A stretch of DNA of 62,575 nt, filler included, from Catajapyx aquilonaris (Eukaryota): the NCBI GenBank assembly GCA_000934665.2. It is 3 parts of 3 records of this genome, joined end to end, with 100 filler letters (N's around TTAATTAATTAA, not from the genome) between each part and the next. Parts side by side here need not be neighbours in the genome. Positions count along the whole stretch, not along the records: positions 41,784 to 62,575 come from JYFJ02006194.1; 2 more parts are not named here. One strand, 5' to 3'. The notes under the pieces are model-generated. The model had not been told where the DNA came from. It searched no databases and saw only the letters and a program-made list of their open reading frames with translations. The translations under genes were made by a program, and so were the position numbers. Position 1 is the stretch's first letter, and each line of letters starts with the position of its first letter. Positions 51,378 to 62,575 of this stretch are shown here, piece by piece.

Positions 51378-53896
51378 CATGACCTCAAAAATAAAATGAA
51401 AAGTGTGCCACAACTTTAATCCTTTTTGCATTTTAATTTACAATGTTGACCCCCGAGTCTCACTTGTGTTTTCTTAGTTGATTCAGTCCCATCATCGGGG
51501 AAACAAAAAAAAAATGTCCCCATTATTATTTTCATAGTACAAATCACACTGACTTCAAAATAGAAGCATACATTGCATTTGGGAAACCAAACCTTGGAAC
51601 AATAATCCACATAGGAGTGGTGGTGGTGGGTGGTCACGGGAGGACTAATGGGGGCAATGGGAAGGGGAGGTTTAGGTGAGGGGAGAAAATGTGCGGAGAT
51701 TGGAATCACATGTAATGTACACAAGACAAAAATTGCAGCATGTAATTGTTGTCTTTGGATCCGGACTCTTTGGCCACTCTTTGCAGAAATCGTTACAAAA
51801 ATGAAACAAAGGTTCCCCCCACTGAGTCCCAACAATAAATAACCCAAACAGTGGATCCCTAATAACAAAAGATTCGCAATATAAAAATTGGGGGGGCAGG
51901 GGCACGGGGTGGGGTGTATCATAAGCAAGGCAAAAGTGACCTTCCATTCTTGACGATTCCAGTGTTATGGTACAAAAAAAAAACCTGCCACGGACTGCAA
52001 AAATCAACCCCCTTTTTCTTAAAAGCACGTCATTTCACATGGCAAACTTCTCTTGAACATTACTCAAATTAATCTTGCCAAGATTTTTCACAGTGCACTT
52101 ATTTCAAAGAGAGTTCGCACATGGAAAACAACTACTTGGGGGAAAAAAAAATCCCAAATAGAACTTATTGTACACAGAGGTGCAGTTGTCAGCAAAAACT
52201 TCGATCTTGCCCCAGAAATCGAGACACGTATAATACATCGCTTTATATAATTAATTATTATACAGCTGGAGAGAGCAAGTCAATCACTTCACAACTGCAC
52301 CAGCAAAACAAACAAAAAAAATTCCATCACAGAGCTATGCATTTAAAAATTGCTTCACAAAAGAACTTTACATATTTCATTTTACAATCCCATTTTTTTC
52401 CACCTCCATGTCTCAGCTTTTTTTTTTCTTCAAATTCCATATAAAAATTTGAAACACATCTCATATTCTGTTTCATCTATCAATGTCACCTATTAGTGTA
52501 CAAGGCCTTGAAAACCTTGGCCTGTTATTATTATTAAAGACTCCGTTGTTTATATCTAAGTTTTTATACACAAAGCTCATGTGTCAAATACATGTGCCAA
52601 TCCCGAATATTGTACATACTGCGGGTGTATATTTTATCCCCATTCTCAAGCAGTTATAAACTGTCGGAAATCAGCAGTTCATTTACGCCATGCAAGATTT
52701 CCGCCCCTAAAAAATCGAGTTGACATCTTGTCAAAATCCCAAAATTTTAAGGGGGAAATCGTCTCCTTTTTACATGTATAGAAGTAAAGAAAAAATCAGT
52801 CTCTTTGCAATTACCTGAAATCCACAATAAAATAATGTCAGACTAACAGGGTTAATGGTTGGGTTACCTTTTCCATCAAACAATGCCATGTTTTTTTTTT
52901 TTAGGAGAGTGATTCCATTTGCTCGTAAACTTGCAGAATTGCAGTCTCCTCAAAACGATAACTGGAAATTAATCACAGAAGGCTCACAGAGCCTATTTAT
53001 CCCTATTATGGAAAAGAAAGACCTGGACAAACTAATTGGGTGTTTTCATGCACTGAACTACACTAAATGCAACATTTAAAAAAAATTGCAGTGCTGATGC
53101 AAATAATACCGTAAAATCATTCACAAGTGGACCGTACACAATCCATGTCCAAGCGTCCTTCACCACTCACATTTTTAAAAAAGGAACCCTGTGTGTCACG
53201 TACCCTCACCAATTTGCTTGTTTACATTTAAAAAACAATTACGCAACATGTCCTACATGACTAGTGTGCCTAAATCAAATGGAACCAACCCTAAAAAAAA
53301 AACAACACACAGCACTAGAAACAAACGAACCAACCCAACAAAACATTACTACACACAAAAGAATGGGACCACGTATGCGTAGGGAACTTGTTTCTCACCC
53401 TTAGTTAATTGAATTGCACACACTTGTCGTGAAAAAGGCAACTTGGGCTTTCAAGCAAACAGTGTTTTTTTCCACCTTTTCCTCAACATAGAAAGTTCAG
53501 GGAGGATGGGGTAATAATAATAGCAATAATAATTTTATAATTTAAAAAAGTTTACCATTGCTATGTTCTGTAATCAAGCTTCATGACTCTCTGCTGTAAT
53601 AAAACCACATCCTGGAATTCTTGTCTCTTAATCATCTCACTTTTTTTTTTTTCCTTTTTTCTCTCAGTACACATAAGGGTCTGACTCTCCCTTCACTTTG
53701 ACTTCATTTTCCTTGTGCATTACTTATCTAAGTCCTCTCTCAATAAGGGGTTTAAAAAATAAGGAATTGAGGTCTGGGAAGGGAAGAAGAATACACAATA
53801 ACAACAAAAAATGAAATTAGGCAGACGTACATGAAAGAATTAGGTCAGGATAGAGTCACTTTTTAGTTCACCTCTATAAATGTCTTTGCATTTCTT

Positions 53897-56800
53897 TTAC
53901 GTGTCTGTATCGGGACGCACCCCACCATTGTTGTGAGGCTGCGGCTGCAACGTCGGTTGTGACTGTTGCTGAGACTGTTGTTGTTGCGGCTGAGAGGGGG
54001 TTTGCAGTATCGTTGTCTGCTTCTCCTCACGAGGGGCGGATGACCTGCCTGGATTTGTTGATGTCGTTCCAAGAAGTTGTGAAGCCGGAATAAACCTGCC
54101 AAACAATAAAATTATTGCTATTGATGCAGTAGTAATGTGAAGGGTGTTTGATATGCTCATGAATCACATCATATGATTATAAATCATGCATTATGGTAGC
54201 AGCAGGCTGGAACGCAGGAGTCAACACCCACATGTGTGCTCCCAATTGGGACTTCCGCCTATTGTAATTCCTTGCCTTCCTTCAGCACTTGCCTTTCGAA
54301 CATGTGGGATTGTCATCAGTGAAATTAAGTTTAAATTAATATGCACCAACAGACCTGGCCTTGCCTTCTCCAAGAATCTTTATATTAATGTTCCTAATGC
54401 TGAAGCGACCATAACACACACAAATAGCTTCGAGTCAGTAAAACCTAGGTCCAACGTAGAACATCTAAATTATTGTCATTACACTGCTATGAACAATATC
54501 TTGGTGACTATACAGGGTGATCATACAAGAAAAAACCACTGCTTACCAAAATTTGGGTTATGGATCTGCTTTTACATAACCATAAAATATTAGGTTACTT
54601 CAACAAAATAACTGCTTAACCACATGCTTCCTCATGTGGCCCTTTTTTTTTTTTTCAATCTATTTATACCACATTGGGAGAATCAGCGCTCCATTAGGGG
54701 AGTGCAGTACCACCATTGGATGGGGCCAAGGATAGGGAAGGAAGGAAGCGGCTGTGGCCTATTATACGGAAGCAATCCCGGAATTGTCCTGGGGGGCACG
54801 TGGACAACTACAGAAACTACAGAAACCACAGTCAGGATCGCCGGCCCCGGGAACCGAACCCAGGACCTCCCGATTAGAAGTCGGACTAATTAACCACTAC
54901 ACCAACCTGCTTCGGTTTGCTGACAGTTATTTAAGATGATCCCATGTCATCATGGCATATGCAGCTCAAACGTATTACTGTGCATGGCTTGTAATAACAT
55001 TTTCCTCCCACCTTGACCGACAGTTACTATGCAGTTGGCAAATATTGCCAAAACATCTCCTTCTGGTACATGTTCATGTCTACAGTGCATTCCGCCACAC
55101 TCCGACACTTTGCTTCATGTGTTGCATGACATAAAAGCAAACAAAATATCCGTACTATGACATGTTGCAGGGCATTAACTTGGCAACAAAGGTCAAACCT
55201 TGTCGTGAATTTTCTTTGAATAGCCCAATTTTGTACCTGAATTAGTAACAGTGTTCTGACCCGTGCATGTTTCCTGGAGAAGTAGTAGTTGCACTGGTTG
55301 GTCTTCCTTGTGACTGAGAAGTAGTTGCCACCTGCGGCTGCTGCTGCTGCTGCGGTTGCTGCGTTGGTGGCTGCGCTTGAGGTGGGTAGCTAGGAGGCCC
55401 CTTTAACTGCTCCTCAGGCTGTGGGCTGTCGCCTTCTTCTGAAGCCTCCTCAGGCTCTGCATCCTGCACAAACACACACTTGTATTTCATTCCCTCTTAT
55501 TGTGACTGCGTTTATACAAGGTGACCTAAAAGACTGGACACGTAGGTAATTGAATTGTATTGTTGGTTGTAAGTTGCGCACATTGTCCTTCAAAAACTCA
55601 ATGTTCACTGACTGTTGGCACAACTGACAACCAACAATGCAATTTAATTACCTATGTGTCCAGACTTTTGGGTCACCCTGTATCCATAACCTGAACCAGG
55701 GAAGAAGAATGGAGCTGCGTGCAACTACTGTATGGACTGGTGGGATGGGTCAAGCTGGTTTCACGCAAAACTGGTTTATTATTTTACTGACCTCCTCTGG
55801 GCAGAGCTCAATAGCCTTTTCCAGGGTTATCCTTGCAGAATGAGACCTCTCCAGGAAATAACCATTGGACGTCTCATTGGATTGGGCAGGTGGAGACCAG
55901 TTGTTGTAGCCATACTGAGTGTTTGGCGCATATGGTCGCTGAACACCCACATAAGGCAGCGAAATGACAATCAACAATTTGTAAGTACTTAAAGTCATCG
56001 CTAGAAATATTAACCCCTTAAATACACCACTACTATTTTAACATTCTGCTGGAGTTTCACGTCACCAACATGAATCATGTCTGTCGATCGATTGACTTCT
56101 CACAAACCTTAACCGCGAAGCCAAATAATCTGGCATATTTTTATTTAAAAAATAAGTAGAGAGGTGGTTATCATCCACGGTTATTTAAGGGGTTAAGAAG
56201 AAATCTCTGGTCCTACTACCGAACAGTTGCATGAAACAAAAGCAACTTTCCTACTGAGGGTCAAGCATGATACTGACCAATAGTGCTTCCATGCAAGACA
56301 ATTGTGCCTTTTCCTTTGCTGGTCAGGTTTTGACCTGTTGCGCTGGAAATCTTTTGGACCTCCTGTCCCACACACATTTATTTACAAAACCTGACAAAGT
56401 CATGCAACTCCCCATGCAGCACTCCCCCAAAAAATATACTTTGTTGATGCAACATTTATATGTAAGCCACAAAATCTTTGGTGCAAATTGCGCAATATAA
56501 TGTCAACTGCAAACGTGAGACTAATATTGGAGAAAAGGTACTCCATGGTGATCGTCAGACTCGAAATGGTGCAAATTTTAAACTTTCCGGAATTTCACAT
56601 GGCGATAGGCAATAACTATGCCAAAGTAACACCTCCATCAATGGACAAGAGGAAGTGATAGACTGTTCATTCCAAGCATGGTGACAAACTGAAATGCCAT
56701 GTTTTCTAGCATTGTAACAAAATTGATCTTGGAGGCGATCTTCACACCATGATAACCACAATTACCTCATTCAAGTTGCCTCTGTTGAAATTTTAGTTTC

Positions 56801-59800
56801 ACTTTACAGTTGATATAACAATTGCGCCAATTACACTTAAAAATGTCAGTGACAAGGGCAAAATGCCTGCATATCCTGTTTATTTCATTCATTCAAGTGC
56901 TGCTATTCTCTGCAAACTGTACAAGATCACACTCTCTCTCTTTTTCTCTCCCTCTCTCTCTCTCATTGTTTGCATGAACAACCATCGGGATACCAACCCT
57001 TTCTAGCTCCTCATGCAGCCATTCGACTCCCCAAGTCCACTTCCTCTTGATGTCCATGTTGCTGTTCAAAAGCCGAAGAGCCAATGGGCAACTGGTGAAA
57101 AATGCCACCATAAACTTGATACACTGATAGGCTCTCTTCTGGTAGTGGTTCTTATTCCTTTGGATAGTGTCAAAGAGGCCATCCCTTTCATCTGGGACAC
57201 CTTTGAGGGCATTAATGATCCTCTGGGTCTGCCAAGAGTCTTCTAGGGTAAGCACGTGGAGGAGAAGGTCAAGGTGTGGCCGCAGTTCATGTGTGTAGGT
57301 GAATGCCACTTGCCACAACAGCTCATTTAGGACACAGTGAGAAAATTCAGGGTTTTCCCAGCAGCAGAACTTGAGTAGCTTTGCTGTTTCTTCCAGCGTG
57401 GCGGCTTCCTCAATGAGTTTCTTCACAAAGCTGGAAGATGACCTAAAGTTTGAAATGTGAAAGATGCATGTCTTCCTGTAAATGTCGGCTGTGACTATTT
57501 TGAACTTAACCACTTCAGTGAGAGGTACTGATTCTAAAATGTATGCATTGTAATTTGTTGACTGGCAAAGCCATCATGAATTGTTATATAAAAACATTGC
57601 AGGATTTCTTGTACACAATGCAATGTGGTGAATTGTGATGATACCGTACACAATCACACTGGAATGTCATGACCGTATGCCATCCCTGGTTTAATCTCAT
57701 GTGAGTGCATAGACAAAACTTTTCACAAAGGTTTTGTACTGACCTGGCTTTCCCGTAGAGAATGTCTGCAACCTGTGGCTGAATAGGTATGAGGTAATCT
57801 GGGCCAGCCAGATCCCCATGTGGATTCATACGTGGAGCCACATTTGGCTGAGAACTCTGCATCTTGGAGCTGACATCGCAACACCGTATCAACTGACACA
57901 CCACTTGGTACAGCTTGCCTAGTTCTGCATACTGATACTTGATGGGGGGACCAGGACCTTCATCCAGAGCTACCAGCATGAACGTTGCAGGAACATTCAG
58001 CTGAAAATTAAAAGTTTACACTGGCAGTTTGGCACTTAAAAAGATGACCACAGCAGCTGTCAGGAAAAAACACTCTGACATTATTTTTCTTTTCTTTTTT
58101 CACACAAAATATTTTCTTGCAATGTGACAGCCTTACGAGATGCTAGACACCATCTTTGTAATTGGAGCATGTAACCCAACTTACTTTGAGGAGCTGCTTC
58201 TTCTCCTGGACACCCAAGGAAGCGTACATGAGGAACAAACTGAAGTACTGAGGGAGGTGCCTGTCATGGTCTGAAACTTCTCTCCTCAGTAACACCAGCA
58301 CAGACTGCAGCAGGTAGTCACTTAGGGTGGCTGGACTCTCCACTGGTTGCACTTCAATTAAAAAAAAAAGCATCTCATTAGGACACACTATTGCAACCTT
58401 GCTGCAGGTAGATCATAAAATAAAAACAGTAGGATACTCTGCAGCCCACTACAGTTTACGGGAAAACAAATTTATCGTGAAAAATTGTGACATTTCCAAT
58501 AAATCCACAATGACAGATATTCCTATCCGGTGACCTGTCAATCACATCATAAATATAGGAACTTGACAAGTGTTTCAGAAAGACATACAATACTTCTCTT
58601 CCTAACTTACAGTCACCTAAAATATTCATTGCATTCAATCCATAAACACAATGTAACTAAAGATGCAAATCTTGCCATAGTAATAATATCATGGCTCAAA
58701 TAAATGACACTTACGTGCTCCATGAATCACTGGCGGTGGTGTGAAAGGCCCATCAGGCAGCGAGAAATGTGCCAAAAAGACAATTATCTTCACGAAAGCA
58801 TTTCGGACCTCTGCACTAGGGCACTCCAACAAGTACTCGCAAAACCTGTGCGGGTCTTCAAAGAGGATGTTCTGCGCAAACCAATTGCGCACATCCGGTG
58901 AACTTCTCAGATGCTGGCAGAGAGTGTCATACCACTCATTGGCTGGCCCACGAAGGTTTTTCTTTGTGTGGAAACCAGTATGGAAGAGGAAACGGGAGGC
59001 AAGCTGTGTACTCAGCATGGCTAGCTCCTCCCCTGCTGGCTGCATAAGAAAATAAAATTACCTGCGTCTTACAATACACAACAAACAACATTCCAGCTCA
59101 TAAAATTACAAAATCCAATAACAAATATTTAATTATTCCTTAAATTTTAATTAATCATTCAGGAGGATCTCCCTCTAATGCCAAGCCTGGATATCAGTTT
59201 GAATGAAACCAGTAGTGAGTGTCCAGTAGTAACTAATCTATCAACTCTCCCCCTTCCCTGCTTTTGGATTGCCAATTCGGGAAGAGAAATACCCTGTATA
59301 CTGTAGTGTACATCCTTCCTTAAGAATTCCTACCTGAAGCTCCTGTCCTGGCTGCACACTGACATAAGGGACATTGCAGTTGATCAGCTTACGCATAAAC
59401 TGGAAGTACTCCGGTGAAAACTGATTCCGATTGTGCATAAATTTGATGTTCTGCCGTTGTATGCTGCGCTCTATTGCCAGAGGCATCTTGGCCATTTGAA
59501 GTTGGTCACCTGAAACATCATCCGGGAACCATGAGTTTCCGTAACCTCCCTCACTCTTTTAAGCATCTCCTTACCTAAGGACATTTCACTTATTTGCTTG
59601 CTGAGGTAATTCTCCTCTACATCCATGCGCGTGTAAAATAAGATGTATGCATTCCACCACCTCTTTTGCCTCCGGTAGCTCATTCGCTTCATCATGTGGT
59701 CAAACACTTCCCCCATGTATTCACCACCAAAGCACTGATTTTTCATCTCCTCATCATCGTCCATTTTGCACTCTGTCACTTCCCCATCATCAAACTTGTA

Positions 59801-62386
59801 CCACTTGGGAGAGCCATCTTGAGACCTAAATTCATACATGTGTGTTAATTAGTGATAAAAAGCACTGCCTACTTTCAGCTAGATTGTGACAGCAATAACC
59901 AAAGCTGCTACACTTGCCTGACACCATAACTCTATAAATACAGTAAAACTTCTATAAGTCGAATCTCCATGGGACCGGAAAAAAACTTCGAGTTATAGAT
60001 GATTCGAGTTAGAGAAGTTTGGAATTTTTAAAGCACATAACGCTATAAGGAAGCCTATACCTTCATATACAGCGACGAAACCTATTCAAACCTTGAAAAT
60101 AACGGTCACTGTCACATTTACAAAGTTCCTAGTTTTGTTGTAAAGAAAAACTCCGTTATGAACATTTGCCTACTCTTAGATTCAAGGATTCAATTGTCAC
60201 AATCGAGTCAACACTTCTTTCGGTACATCTGGTAGACCGAGATCAGGAAATTGAGCCTTTCTGTACATGTGACCTACCCTCGACCCTTCGGCTGGGAAAT
60301 GAGAAAATTTTCTGTACTCGCCAACATGAACTTCGACTTAGGGAGACTGAAAATGCATTGATATCCCATCGAAAGGCCCTGCCATCACTTCGAGTTATGG
60401 AGAACTTCGAGTTATAGAAATTCGAGTTAGGGAAGTTTATTTCCTATAATTTTACATTGTGGCCAACCAAGCTCATCATTTTCTTCAACTTATAGAGAAC
60501 TTCGAGTTAGGGAAGTTCGACTTATAGAAGTTTTACTGTATTTATATATGAATGGCATGGTAAAACCTGCTGCAACAAACAAGCTTTACACAAGTGCAAA
60601 AGCCTGACCGTTGGTCACAAACTTCAAATAATTTATCTCCTATGTAATGGAAACCTGTTCATCATATAAAATTTTCACAGATCAGAGAGTCAGCTACAAG
60701 CAAGCTTTGGTGCAATTACATAACAGTAATAAGGACTACTTACAACATACTCTAAAGAGGAATTTCGCATATGTCGATGCCTTACTTGTGCATGATGTAG
60801 GAGTAATAGTGTCCCCCACTAGCTTGTCCACTATGTACCACTATGCCAGTGAGGTGATACTTGGTGTAGAAGTCTTTCGCTGCTTGAGTGTAATCACAGT
60901 CAATCACCTCCCCCTCTATCTTGGCCAGGCCGGACACAGTGTAGGGGTCCATGTCAAGGTCCCGAGGAAATTCAAAGTAGTCATTGAACTTGATGGCACA
61001 GACCCGCTCATAGTCATACTCAAATCGCTTCAGCTGTATTGCCAGAATTGGAGGCAGCTTCTTCACACACAGCCGCTTCACAGTCACCACCTGAGCAGTA
61101 AAAAATATGAGTGTGATTTGTTGACTGTCTCCACAGAGTCCCCTTTGCCTGTTCAATTCAGTTTGCAGAACAGGACAAAAATTCAATGAAAAAATTACTT
61201 GGTGTCAGAATCAGTGAGTATTGCTATCAAAGTAATCCTAATAGGTGCAAACATAACGATAAAAAACTTTTTTTTAAACACTTCACAAAAATTTGTAGTG
61301 AATGATGGGGAAAAAGAATAACACCAACCTTCTTGTTGCACTTTTCACAATGGTATGCATCTGCTCCTTCAAGCAGCTCTCCTTTGACATACTGTTCTAA
61401 GGAATCAAGCAAAGTGCTCTGGTTTCTTATGTCCACACTTATGACACTGAATGGTTCCTCCTTGGAGTATCTATGAGGGCATCCCTTACAGATCTTCTGG
61501 TCTGAGTAAGAACCTCCTAGCGTCTTGCTCATGATCTGTTCCTGACCTAGGGCCTTCAAGGCTTCGTCAATGCTCTCCACCAGACTCATGAAGAATTCAA
61601 CTGCATCTTGTTGCTCCCTCAGGTTCACTGGCTCACCTTGAAGCCTAACAATTTTCGATTAGTTGATTACACTTGGTAAGTCCTAGCAAAGTTACTTAAA
61701 TTCTTCAACGATCATAATGTTAACTGGAATTCTTACATTTAAAAAAAATAATCCATGCAGTAAAACCCCAATGAAATTATCAGGTGTCACAAAAGAATTA
61801 GTCTCATCCAATTTGCACCCTCTCCCTGCCACACCCTGATTCTAAAAAGTTTCTCAGGGCGTTCTGAAACATGACAAGATCCCACTATGGCCATGTGACA
61901 GGTGAGACTCACTTGAAGTGCTTCCAGAGGCCCCTGGGAACATAATACTGCAGCTTGCTGTAAGCTAAGTGGCCAAAAATGGCCTGCACTTGCTTCAAAA
62001 TGCCAATGTTGTACTCCTTTCTAGATTCATCCAAACTAGCCTTCTCATCATTTGACTCATTCTCGTTGGTCTCCAAGTTGCCCTGTAGAGAGGACGAACA
62101 GTCAGGCTTTTCACTCATATTCTCTATAACACATCCCAAACTACTAATTCATCAAAACAGACCTCATTGTCCAACCTCTCCTCCCCACTGAAGTCCTCAT
62201 CCATGTCAGTTGCTGCTCCCTCAGCAGCAAGGATTCCCACCCTGATACTCTCCACCATGTAGAGCTGTTGCAAGACTGAATTCATGTAGCATGTTGCTCC
62301 GGCATTCTTCAGACCCACAAAGCCTTTCAGTGGTCTGGGCCCCACAGGAGGGAGGTATTCCCACTCGACCAGTGGCTCATCACGTT
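53897..62386 (-). CDS. faf: Ubiquitin-specific protease USP9X / fat facets, 3' portion (13 exons)
   Basis: Exons 62386-62163, 62121-61913, 61644-61329, 61090-60786, 59825-59575, 59509-59334, 59039-58715, 58351-58185, 58000-57744, 57442-56998, 55938-55792, 55463-55261 and 54095-53897. Cys box [13 protein letters not shown], His box [19 protein letters not shown], and the USP9-type [22 protein letters not shown]. Confidence 0.96.
54650..54915 (-). mobile_element. tRNA-derived SINE in USP9X intron
   Basis: On the minus strand: A-box TGGTGTAGTGG, B-box GGTTCGGTTCC, GGCCACAGCCGCTTCCTTCC core and an A-rich tail. Confidence 0.85.
55517..55680. mobile_element. Tc1/mariner MITE
   Basis: TA-CAAGGTGACCTAAAAGACTGGACAC...GTGTCCAGACTTTTGGGTCACCCTG-TA. 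Confidence 0.85.
56014..56192. mobile_element. piggyBac-like MITE
   Basis: TTAA-CCCCTTAAATA...TATTTAAGGGG-TTAA. Confidence 0.75.
59941..60538. mobile_element. Tigger/pogo-like MITE in USP9X intron
   Basis: TA-CAGTAAAACTTCTATAAGTCGAA...TTCGACTTATAGAAGTTTTACTG-TA; subterminal TTCGAGTTA repeats. Confidence 0.92.
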
Positions 62387-62443
62387 CTGTACAAGAAAAT
62401 CAGCCTTTGTATATGACCAACATTTCCACCACTCTGCTATGTC

Positions 62444-62480
<37 letters not shown>

Positions 62481-62575
62481 CCCATGATAGGGCGGAGCCC
62501 TTTTAGGGGGGTGGCATACCACCGTCAGTTTTCTTCGATTTTTCTGACTCTTACTTCACACATGGGTGGGGCCAA

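Noticed and set aside
60647..61189. 180-aa plus-strand ORF
   Set aside because: Antisense shadow of a USP9X exon.

Overview
Eukaryotic nuclear DNA, most likely an insect or other hexapod: short GT-AG introns, a TTAGG tract, pickpocket and ionotropic-receptor genes, and three assembly gaps (two carry an artificial TTAATTAATTAA linker). The left part (1-41.7 kb) is AT-rich and dense in transposons. It holds two tandem DEG/ENaC (pickpocket-family) genes on the minus strand (one complete 10-exon gene with an inferred GC-AG intron, one missing its first three exons), a C2H2 zinc-finger gene with a tandemly duplicated acidic exon, and a frameshifted, truncated ionotropic-receptor fragment directly upstream of it. 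It also holds many MITEs and palindromes, Ginger2/KRBA2-like, mariner, Helitron, SINE and decayed LINE pieces. The right part (41.8-62.6 kb) is a compact housekeeping cluster: BCS1 (+), RpL35A (-), a C2H2 zinc-finger gene (+) and the 3' half of USP9X/fat facets (-). I found no convincing novel multi-gene system. The best leads are the IR fragment/zinc-finger junction, the exon duplication, the GC donor, a 556-bp palindrome and a TTAGG-carrying TIR element. All exon coordinates were derived by hand from splice signals and frame continuity; no database search was run.
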